Shown: one piece after another, positions 34,627 to 46,600 of the stretch
Layout: every line of letters begins with the position of its first letter
Numbering within the stretch: position 1 is the first letter of the stretch
DNA from: Bugula neritina
Lineage: Eukaryota > Animalia > Bryozoa
Length of the DNA: 64,000 nt
NCBI GenBank assembly: GCA_964035545.1
Contig: OZ037767.1
Span: forward strand, 2,987,680 to 3,051,679
Direction of reading: 5' to 3'
Translations under genes and position numbers: made by a program
The notes under the pieces: model-generated
Database searches by the model: none
What the model was told of the DNA's origin: nothing
What the model saw: only the letters and a program-made list of their open reading frames with translations

Positions 34627-36773
34627 TAACGATATCGACATTATATTGGATAATAAGCTAATGCAGAAAGTAGTACTACAGAAATTAAATTTTAGATTTG
34701 TTGATGGTCTTGTTGAAATTTTATAAATTCATCATGTATAAATAAAATCATAATCTATTTATAAAAATACCGGAGTTTAAAATGTCCAGCAATTTCTAAA
34801 AATATTTCATGTTGAAATAAATATTTCAAGGCAACATTTACTAATCAAATAGCAGTTTAATACAAACTTAAAGTGTGGAAAAAATTATTTTGTTTTTTCA
34901 TCTCAGATAAACAGATACATCTAAAAATTGCGAAAAAACCAGTTTATTAATTTGTCATACATCAATGACAACTTGCCTCAATATGAACAACTATCACTAT
35001 AAGTATAAGCCTGAAGCTAATAACTAATAAGTAATAACACTACCACAATTAAAATAATTTTGCAAAGATCTCCCGTAACGCTGACCAACTATCATAATGA
35101 TAATCATATGCTAAACTAAATACTAATAAAGCTAGCAGATGACCACTAGAGCCAGAAGGACAGGCATACTCATAGAGATAGAGATAATCATAATAACTAT
35201 TATTATGAATATCAATATGAATATGATTTATCAACTCTTATTAGTAATACTAATAGTAGTTATACTTATAGCACCAGTCTCGTTCAGATCATATTCATAT
35301 TGATAATCATATTCATATTGATATTATTCATAATATTATTATTGTAATTATGACATTACTAAATCTAATGTAATAGTAATACTAATACTAATAGTAACAT
35401 TAATAATACTCAGTCATTAATCATCAATCATTAAATGATTAATGATATTGATTAACCTCTACTTTAAGTTTAAGAATAAGTGTAACACTAACACTAACTA
35501 ATACAATGTTCAGTTCAGTTGGTTAATAAAATTAATTTGCAACTTACAGTAGCACAACTTGAACTTGTTGGACTTTTTCAATTTAGCATACTGATACTCC
35601 CATTCCAGTCGTAATGTCCTGCATTGTTGCTAAAGTTTATTATAGATTGTTTGTTAGGGATGCCTTTTCGTGCAGAAACCGCACAATTTCGTAGTATAAA
35701 ACGACGTGATCTGAAGTACTGATAGAAAACTAAACCAACCTTAAATATAATTAGAATGTAATTATTCATTTGTCAAATAGAAATCGATTTGTTATATTGA
35801 AGAAATAATTAAGTTTGGGCAGAAAAACTTTTAACACTGGAACCAATAAAACTTTTCTTGTCGGGGGCACCCAATATTCGCCAAAACTTTTCTGTTGAGC
35901 TGTTAAAGAACTTGTTCTCTACCAAACTTCAAGTATCGCTTCATTTAGGAAATTGCTTGAAACAGCACCAAATTGGTGATCATTGAGTGTAGTGGTTTAG
36001 TATTTCAGGCTTGAGGTTATAGATTTCGAGTTGTGTATACAAACACTGCACTCAGTGACCCATAACTCTATTTTGCATCTAGCAATAACCGTTCTATTTC
36101 CATTAGAAATAGTTATTGCAGTTTGTAAAAAATAATCTAGCTTTTTTGATAATCATATTAAGTGATATTCATATTAATAGCCATAGGCATAGGCAACGCC
36201 AAAGTGAATATTAATATGATTACTAGTAGTATTAGTATTACTGTTAGGATGACGTGCCATAATCATAATGATAATCACTCACCAAAGCCTAAGGGCTAAG
36301 ACTAATGAGTAATACTAATAGTAATAGTAATACTAATAGTAATAGTAATGGCAATGCTCAGTCTAACTCTAAGTCTATGACTAGTATTAGTATTACTATT
36401 GGCATTGGTATTAATAGCAGTATCACTATGAGTATGAGTAATGACTATGAGCATTAGTATTACTAACTCGAAGTCTAATACTAATAGTAATACTAATACT
36501 AATAGCAAAGACTAGAGTAATACTATCAACTATCAAGACAGTCACAATATGAATGTGAATAACAGTGATTAATTTTGTAATTGTTTATAATCAGCTATTA
36601 TTATCAATATAATTATAATAATAGTATTAATAATTATGATAATTGTTGTATTTATCATTACTGGTTGTCACGGTGATACTACTACTAGTGCTGGCATCGA
36701 TATCATTGTAATTAGTGTAAATCATCAAGGTGTAATACTAATAAGTAAAATAAATGCTGAATGTATATTTTTA
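34627..36773. promoter_or_regulatory. Divergent intergenic region RMDN/DCTN6, probable bidirectional promoter with 5'UTR introns
   Basis: ATGs at 34583 (-) and 36781 (+). A CpG-containing core at ~35600-35950 is flanked by candidate donors (gtaagt on the minus strand near 35547; gtatcg on the plus strand near 35933). Confidence 0.5.
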
Positions 36774-36780
36774 CAGATTC

Positions 36781-39500
36781 ATGGACAAGCCGAAACCCAA
36801 CAAGTTGATTGTGGGACATGGAGCTATTGTTGAATATGCAAAGACAGTATTGAAAGGTGAAATTACAATAGGTTAGTATTTGCTTCCGATTTTCTACTTT
36901 TTACATTAAATCTGTTTTCCTCACTTTGACCCTGCTTCATTTACCTAAACTTTTAGTTTTGCATTCCAAGTACTGCTTCAATCAAGTAAGCAATTTTTGA
37001 ATATATGCAAAATAACAAAAGTTTTCAAAGGCTTCAAAATTTAGTTTTTATAAACACATACATCGAATAAGTAACTTTTTTCAGTAATTTGAATTTAGGT
37101 TTGGCAAAATTTCGTAGCCGAAATTACAAGTTCAAATTTCGAGCTACACTTTATGCAAGAATAATAATAATATGTCTATCCATTGCATAGTCATCTCTGA
37201 TGAGTGTTTGCTCATCTGTATTCTCTTTTTAGATTTAAACTTCAGGTCTCTTATCTTAAGTACAAAATGTTTAGACTTGTATAAACCCTTTAGTTGTAGT
37301 TCTCTGTCTAAATTGCCAGCAAAAGATGGAGTTTTTCTAGCTAAATTAGTAGTATTCCTCAAAAAATGAATAAATTTGTATAATCCAACATTTCAAATTC
37401 ACTACTCTTTAATAAGTTTGCAAATCATCTATATATATTGTTTTTCAACATAAGGCAACTCCAATTAGTTCTTCAGGTGTAAAGCATAATATAGGTTGTT
37501 GGTTATTACAATCTAATTATGTTCTAGTGCATAGTTTTCTGTTTTTTCAAGTTTAGGCAGATTTTATTTTTGCCAAATAACTTTAACTAAGTTTTACTGT
37601 ATTATTGATTCTCATACAGTAAATACTGTATGTTATACATTGTATGGTAAACATTATAAAATACATAGCACATATATTTTATACTCTGAAATGTATATAA
37701 TATATGGTATAATATATAATGTGTAATGTATAAAATACATTATAATACTATGTATGAAATACAGTGTATATTATATAATGTATATTATATATATGTTATA
37801 TATTGTACCTCAGAATCTCTTGAGAATTTCAAAAAAAAATATTTTTGATAAAAGTGAGCATGTCATCTGTTGTCAATTCAGGGAAAGGTACAATTGTTCA
37901 CCCCACTGTTCAGATCTTAGCTGAAGGCGGGCCAATACATATTGGATGTAATAACCTACTAGAAGAAGGGGTAATCATCCACAACAAGTAAGTTTGCTGA
38001 CTGAAAAGTTATACAGCAATGTCTAGCTCGAATAAAAATGTTATTTGGTAGAAATTTTAAAATTCGAAAAGTTGTGAAATTTGCTGCTAATGTCTACTTC
38101 TAGTTAGACTGTGATCTCAATGTAAATTTACTAGGCCATCAGAAGATGGTGAGGAGAGAACTATGACTATCGGTGACAACAATTACTTTGAAGTCAGATC
38201 TCAGTCTTCAGCCTTAACCATGGGGGACAACAATGTGCTACAAGTGACTGGTTAGTTCTATTTCTATATATTTAAATGCAAGAATTTTGACAGTTCGGCG
38301 ACATTAGCTAGATCTAGAGTTTGTATATTGAAATTTATCCCGGAAGTTAGTTGCGATTAAGTTTACTGCAATATGTTAATACTTTTATCACTTTTAGCAT
38401 TTCATTACTTTAAAACATGAACTAAATAATCTACTTTCTTTTTTTTAATTTCAACTTCTGCCAAAGCTGCTTCATCTTTCTTAGAAAATTTAAATAAAAG
38501 TTTAAAAAATTTGTAAAAACTGCTTTTATACTAGCGTCGCTTTTGATCACATGATATAATACATTGGCTTGTCTGTTAATAGCCAAGTTAGGGTGTGACG
38601 TGAGACTGGGCAATGGCTGTGTTATCGGAGTAGGAATGTGTATAAAGAACAAGCAACTCCAAGATATGACTCACCTGTATCAGCGTGATGGCATGATTCA
38701 ACAGAGAATTGGCAGAGAGTTACCCCAGGTATGTAACCCGTACTTCGTGTCTTGAACTTTGTGTGAAATCTTACATTTGTAGCTCTAGAGAATTGTGTTT
38801 TCATTCTTGCATGTGTTTTTCAATGTAAATATCTCAAAAGTTTTGCTACGTTAGCTGGATCAGAAGTTGGTAAATTGAAATTTATCCTAAAAGTTTGTTA
38901 AGATTAAGTTTCCTAAAATATGTTTCACAGGTTTAGTTTAGGTGCAATGTGTGTGCCAAACCTTTTCTACTTCTATGGATCTAAAGCTATAATTATTTTT
39001 ATAATATAAATGCACATCAAGAAATTGTAAGCCAACAGTTGATAAGCGAATTTGGTATGTGCAACATTTTAAGAGTTATGCACTCATTCACTACAAAAGG
39101 AGATAACTCCTTATAAATTGTAATAATTTTTATACAAAATAAGCTAATTTTTATAATGTTAGGTACTAAATTTTTATACTGTATATTATATAATAATACT
39201 AATATACTCTGCATACTATATATAATAATACTAATATACTATACACACTATATATAATAATACTGATATACTATACACACTATATATACTAATACTAATA
39301 TACTACACCATACTGTATATGATAATACTAATATACTATACACACTATATATACTAACACTAATATACTATACACGCTATATATATTACAACACTATGTC
39401 TATTACTCTTATACTTTAGACACAGACTCAACAGATCGACTATTTAAAGAACATGATCCCCAGCTACCACAAGATACACAAACCTACTAATACCGACTGA
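36781..39500 (+). CDS. DCTN6: Dynactin subunit 6 (p27), left-handed beta-helix, 5 coding exons, ~179 aa
   Basis: Exons 36781-36871, 37882-37987, 38135-38250, 38583-38728, 39420-39500 in phase: GAIVE..LKGEITIGKGTIVHPTVQILAEGGPIHIGCNNLLEE..MTIGDNNYFEV..MGDNNVL..LGNGCVIG..PQTQTQQIDYLKNMIPSYH. Confidence 0.93.
39213..39390. repeat. ~32-bp AT-rich tandem repeat (catactatatataataatactaatatactata) x~5-6
   Basis: Imperfect tandem copies just upstream of the last DCTN6 acceptor. Confidence 0.8.
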
Positions 39501-40622
39501 CGGAGCTCCACACTATTTCTACTTGTATTCTGAAAAATGATCTGTACATTGAGCTCTTTATCCATTGAGGTCTCGGTTCATCTGTCACTTCACCGTCACA
39601 TGTCATATATTATTTATTTTGTATGCTTTTAGCTAAACCGGATTCAGATTTTTCTAAGATTAAGATTTTATGTTCTTAGATAAGCAATTATTAGATTTTT
39701 TATGGCCCTTAGTTTACATAGTTGATATAAGAATAGCAGTGCTCGTAATCACTCCTGTTTTGTCATTATTATGATAAATGTCCATCACATATAGGGCAAA
39801 GTGCCCTTCGGATTTGTGAGATCTTAAATTTTATCAAGTTAGTGGGAGACATGTAAATGCTAATGGATAATATATTTATAATTTATTTGTATTATAAAGT
39901 CGTTAGTTGTACATGAAAGCACCGTAAGAAAAGTTGTTGGAGGCAGTTAGCTGTCTCAGCACCTTATTATGCCAACTTGAAACGTAAATAACAGAGTTGT
40001 TAAATTATATGTACAAGTCAATAATTATATGATAAAAATATAAATTCTTCATACAAACTGAGCAGATAGTTTAACTTTTGATCCTAGCTAATTTCAGTCA
40101 CAATAATTATCTCAGAAAAACTTACAAAATACACATAAAACTCAAGTTCCAACAAAATTTTGTTTAAAAATGTTGAAAATATGATTGTAAAAACTACTAT
40201 GATTGTAAAACATGTGTAAAGAATCTTACAACAGTTGAAATTGCTAAAAAAAATGGTGGTTTTTTTAAAAGTAATTTGCTCTTAAAGAACCAAATATATG
40301 CTGTCTCCAATGGCTGCCACTAGCTTGGCATGCTTTGCAGTCATGAATTATTTTAGTCTTGGACAGAAAAAGAATTTCTGTACTCTAAAAGTCAGGCTGC
40401 ATGTGATAAAATCATCACCTTTCTGATCAGCTGAATGAAATTGATACTTTTGATAAAACATCAGTTTCCAAACTACTCCAATACTTATTAATCCAACACA
40501 TTACTGAACATTAGCTGTCCGGTTAAAAGGCACATCAGTGATTGACTTGAAAGTCACAGCTTCGCAGCAGATGCGATACATGGAAAGTGATTGTTGAAGG
40601 GTATTGACTACCACTTAATCAT

Positions 40623-43600
40623 TTAATAGTCGTGTGGTGAGCTGAACATGGAAACTGCTGGTAGAGATTGAGGAGCGAAGAAAGATTCAGAATGCCAGCT
40701 GAGAGGCCGGTTGGTTGAGGGAGAATGTATTGGTTCATTGTTGTTGTTGGTGCAGTGTTGGCAATCCTGGGTGGGCGATAACAAGTTCTTATCATTAAAC
40801 AATGCCGATATCATTGGCAAGTCGGCCATGTTCTTCAGCTTATCTATCTCAGGATATGACGTCGTGCGACAGGTGCATTCTATTCCTTTTACCAAGTTTG
40901 ATCTCTGAAAATGAAGGAAAGATATAAGTATCCATAAATTCACAGTAAGACTAACTGTCTGTGAATCGTACAAGTATATTATATATTCACACAATCACGC
41001 AGTCGTTCAAGAATCAGTCACATGAAAGGCCCTTTACTAACCTGAGTGACTTGAGGTGTCTCGTTGCTTGAAGACTTTCTGTGTGTTTGAATGGCAGGGT
41101 TGTCCTCTCTTTGAGTTATAGTCTCCTGTGACATAGATGCTAGCATCTGTTCCCTCACTTTCTTGTGTCTCTCATTGTATGATGGAGGAGGCTGATAATC
41201 ATTCAATAGCTGCTCAACGCTAACCGATCTCTTGGCCTAAAATCACCAAAGTTATTTTATTTTTTGAAAAATGCACCTCACAGTCCACTAATTTGACAAT
41301 TTTATGCAGCTTTATGTTTCAAGTGCATCCCAACACATTTATTAAAAGAAGTGCATTTGTTATTAAAAAAATGTTGAATGGAGTAATTTTGAAGCCTTCA
41401 TACTAGTAAAACTCTACTTACTATGTTGTATTGAGAGTAGAAGGTGGTCTGGTTATGAATTCTGTTTAGTTGATTGAGCTGGCTAGTTGATTGGTGAAGG
41501 TGTCCAGTCATGTGATGTAGCTGGCCCGCAGATTGATAATGTTGAGCAGCTGATTGGTTGAGTAGGTTAGGCTGATTGGATGATTGAAACATTTGACCTG
41601 CTGATTGGTTTAGATGGCCAATCGACTGCACTGATTGGCTGAGCACTCCCTGACTCTGTAGGTTCTGTGTATTTTGACCAGGCTGATATTTCAGGACTGA
41701 CACTGGCATGTCTAATGTAACTCGGGGAGATAATTTGTTCGGTTTGCTTTGTGCCGCAACGAGTAGACAATTCCTGACTTCTGATATGTTTTCGTAAATA
41801 TGGTCATTTACGTGAGAGCTCGGCACGGTGTCGTCTGAAACAGCTCTAGACATCAAAGGTGGCTGCTGCTTCACATTCAGAGCTCGGAGGTGCTGGAACT
41901 TCTTGCTGGGCTCACTTGTAGCTCTTTGAACCGGCCTTGACTTCACACATTCGGACGGCTCGAGTAACGAGTCCTGGCTGCTGGTTATAGTCTTGCTTTG
42001 ATTCAGAAATTCTTCTGTTGTAAAACAACAAAACATTATCATTTTTCAAAGTCCGAAATAATTCTGACCAGTAGCTGTTATAATGACAAGTACCAATAAC
42101 TTTAGTATATAAGCTATGGCATTTCAATTTTTTTGTACAAGAAAAATAATTTACTTGGCTGTTGCATGAATAAAATAAATCACAAAACGAAATGAAATCT
42201 TAAACTATTTGGTTTGATATTTGAGGTTGACCGGAAAGCTTGCTTGATATCACAGATCATGCTGAAGCCATTAATAAAATATGTTCATACCTTGGGAGTC
42301 ATAGTAACTGAAGCATGTTCTATCAGACACAATGCCGGATGTTGTAGAGCTTCCCGCATCACTGATAATTGAGTATCTTTTGGTCCGGTCTTTCTTAACC
42401 AGATCTCCTGGAGTGTGAGTAAAACTTGAACTCATCGAACCAGCATATTCACTAGTCCCTTCTTTCCAACCACTTTCAGCATTTTCCAGAGAACTAACGT
42501 ACGACTCCCTGTATTTATCTGAAAATAATTTACTTAAAATGAAGCAGAATCTGGTAATTGTATACCCTAAATATTTATCATTGCTTATACACAAACACAT
42601 AACTTATTATCTGTCTTTACAATTCACAATTAGCTAACAATTCTGTGAAGCTCAATATCGCTGGTGATTCACAAATTATCTTTAATTTAGTTTATAATTT
42701 GAGTGCTTGAAAAGAATTAAAATATTTGATAAGTTGAAGTGACTAGATCTTACTCTACACCCTACAATCCACCCCTTCAAATATTTTGATTTAGTGTAGC
42801 AATAGCACTGAAAAGTAAAGCAATTATTTACTCCATTCCATTGGCAGCTAGTTCAAACATTTGATAAAAGCTATGTTAGTATAAAACATATTAAATTTCT
42901 AATTAATTTGAATCTACTGCTGCTGCCAGTTGAATGACTTCATAAGTAAACAAAGAAATGTTAACTCAGTTTTCATAAATTGTAAGCTTGTAAACCATAA
43001 GATTTGTGCAAAAAAGGATCCTTTACTGTCATTAACTATTTGCTAACTATTTTTGCTTCCTTCCAGCTACCAATTAAACTGCCACATTGCAGTCTAAATA
43101 TTTTATGACTTTGCTCTACTTTTTTATAAACCAAGACTATTTTAAACTCAATGTTTATACAAACCCACCAATTTTCAATAGCTTACAAAAACACGGCATA
43201 GCTGGCATGTTTGCTTTAGCTGTTATGCAATAAACAGCGATATATGATGTAAGCATAGAAACTGATACTTTATTTACTCCCTGAAATTCTTTTTGAAGTT
43301 GTAACAAAATTTAAATGATTCATTTGTCATATTAAAACATTCTAATATTTCGTAATGCAAACACTAAAGTAGAAATAAATTCTCAGTTTAGATCGTTATT
43401 TATTTTGCACTCACTTCTGAAGGACTTGTTCAAGTTACGACTGAATTTTTCTCTTTCTCTGGCCATATGGATTGAGTGGCATTTCTGGCACATACTCAAC
43501 ACATTCTTTGATAGCAATTCATCAGCGCAGTACATCGGGGTGCTCATCCCTTCCCCTACTACTTCCAACTTTTTCTTCTAGAATAGCAAATGAAATAAGG

Positions 43601-46600
43601 TTAGTTGCAGTGTATTGCCTGTAGAGACATATCATATTTCTTAAACATTCTTTGTAAAACAGGTTTTAACTGAAAAGTAATTTAATATCAGTTAGGGTTT
43701 TATGAAAAACTTAAATTCTCATTTTCCTAGGAATTTTAATTCCGTATTAATGTCTAAATTATTATATTGGCAATCAATCTCTTATTATATTCAAAAGGTG
43801 CATTAGAGTATAATTTATTGTCAAATTATAAGCTCATGCTAGGTTTCTTGTTCATTGTGATAGTTGCTCTACTTGTACAGGATTAAACCTCCACCTGCTA
43901 GAGTTAAACATCTCCGCTTAGTGCCAACTATACAAGAGAAGAAAGAAACTTTTAGCTTCAAAGGCACCATATTGGATATTATTTCAAATATATGCAAAGT
44001 AAAGAAATATGATTAAGCTGACTATAACTCTATATGTTCAAGATTGTGGGTATGCATTTCGGACAGTCAAAGCTGCTCAAAACTCGTTTGATATAGTATC
44101 CTACCTATGCCTCCAGTAAAACCAAATAAATGCTGAAATGCAAAGAATTTTTCAGCTTTGTGAAGTGCAAGCCTATTTTTATGTAAAGATTCTGTTGCTA
44201 CTTCTCACATATCGGTATGCAACTCTTTATAAAAACTAAGATTCAAGACTAGAAATTACATGCTTGTAAAAGAAATTCATCAAAGCAGAAGTTGATGAAA
44301 GCAGAGAAATTTTTAACCTCTGCATCCCCTGAAAATATGTGAACCATAAAATACAATATTATTACCGTATAGTGAATGTATTCAATGTGATTCCAGCTGA
44401 GCTGATTCAATGAGTGGATAAATCCTCCTGGCCCCACCTAAAATGCAAATTCATAAATTCAATGCATGCCATTTACAATGTAGAATATGCAAGTCTATAG
44501 CCTTACTAGTATTAATTCACAGCTAGAAGTTCATCAAATATGTATTTGGGTGAATATTTTATCAAATATAATATTTTTACATATAAATTTATTAATACCG
44601 TGAGTTTCGTTCCAAAAAATTTAAATACTCGTTTAAAATTCAGAATGGATGCTAATTCACAGTCTGTGTTTATACCTCAAACATCTCTACACCTTTTGGC
44701 CCAACACCAAAATAAAGTGCATTACATTGTAAGCACTCTTCTGTTTCGTGTCGATTACAGTATTTAGAGCTGCAGTGTTTAGATGGCGTAGAGTTCTGTT
44801 TGGTGGCTGACTCTTTTGACATGGGATACAGGTGCATGTTGTAAGTCACAGGAGTTTCATAACACAGGGCTGTCATCACTAAACTCTCAGCTTCTCTTGT
44901 TGATAGGTTTGGGAAATCTCGAGTAAGGGAGGGTAGATGTTCTCTGATGTATTTAGATGTGTGTTTGTCAATTACCTACCAATTTAAGCATTAAAACTAG
45001 AAGAATGATATCAAAATAAAAGATATGTTGATATCCATGACTGAAATATCAGCTTAGCTTTTCAAACAATAGAAGAATATTTCATGAAAGCATTGGAAAA
45101 ACAACATGGCCGCCGATAAGAACAACAAACAAGACTTTGGGCTACTACAAAGAAGGCTAGGACATCAGATAGAATTTTAATCATCTAATTTAGCTCCTGG
45201 TTTGTATGCAATCATGTTGTTTCATCATTTTGCAGGTCAAAAGGGGAGACGAAAAGCTGAGTCACACAATACGCTACTAACTGATGTATACAGCTATAAC
45301 ATAACCAGCTGCTTGTAATCACTCTAGCCAGCCTTAATGAGTTTGTAATAAAAATAGCTCGGTTTACTGGAATTGCTCAGTGAACATTCTTAAGCAAATG
45401 AAGAAGCTCTTTGTGTTTCTCTCTTTGGACAGGAAGTGAATTAGTGAAGAATTTATTCTAGTGATGGGGTACAGGAACATATTATAGTGTTATATAATAG
45501 ATGCTTTGACAGTTGGAATGCAATTTATCTACCAAACATTTTTCCATTTTCCATATTTAGCTTCACATATAATTATTATTCTTTATTATTCAGTGAATCT
45601 TTCTTTGTAATGCACCAAATAGATAAAGTTGATTGGAATTTTCTCACAGATGGTGAGACATAAAGAGACAACAAGTCCAAAGGAAATACTTCTCCTAACT
45701 TACCCATGCTGGAAAGAATTCTCTAGGATCAAAGGAATTCTCGCTGTTGACTTCTTCTGCAATCATGGCGTAAGCCGCTAGCAGAAAGCACCTGTCATCT
45801 GGGTACATGATTGGATAATCTATGTAGTTGCTTTTCAGTTGCCTGTAGTAGTAACTTCTGGCCTTGCTATCTCTGTTGAAAAAAACACAAACTATGAGAA
45901 CAGCTCCTAACTAAAGTGTAACTGCTCTGTACAGCAAAAACTTCTACATTGAATAAAATAACTCCTGTACTACAACAGAAAGGCTTGGACCCCATTTCGT
46001 GGCTTATTAATGTGTTTGTAGGAACAAACTGGCCGAATTTAAGGGATCGTGAGTTAAATCTAGTTTAGTGAGATATGGAGCACCAGATCGTTAAATATGG
46101 AGGTTACTGATGAGTCAATGTCTCTCCGTTTGTTGAGCGATTAGAAGCTACTGAATGCTCAGCAGAAGACTAAACTCGACAAATAATTCAGTTACAGCTT
46201 CCTTGAATCTCTGACTCATAAATTCAACAAGTGAGTGAGTGCCAAACTTGAAGTTCTAAAACTGTAGTCACAGTGAAAAGAGTGAGAAATAATTTATGCA
46301 GCTATCTGTAAGGGAGGTTGGTTTCTTCATTTACTCATGACATGTGGGATTAGGAGAAAGATTTACTAGAGCAGGTGTTAGCACTTCTAACAATGTCGAA
46401 TGAGGATATTGCATAACTATGAAAACAGTAAACTCTTTAAGAGAATACACTATGAAAACCATTCTTATAAGTTTAATTGAGTTCAATGGGGTTCATTTTT
46501 TAAAGAGAACTTGAGATTAAACCAATGTGGATCACAATGCTCTTGGAACCACCAATAATTTTCTCAAAAATAATAAATGATAAATGTATGTACTAAAATG

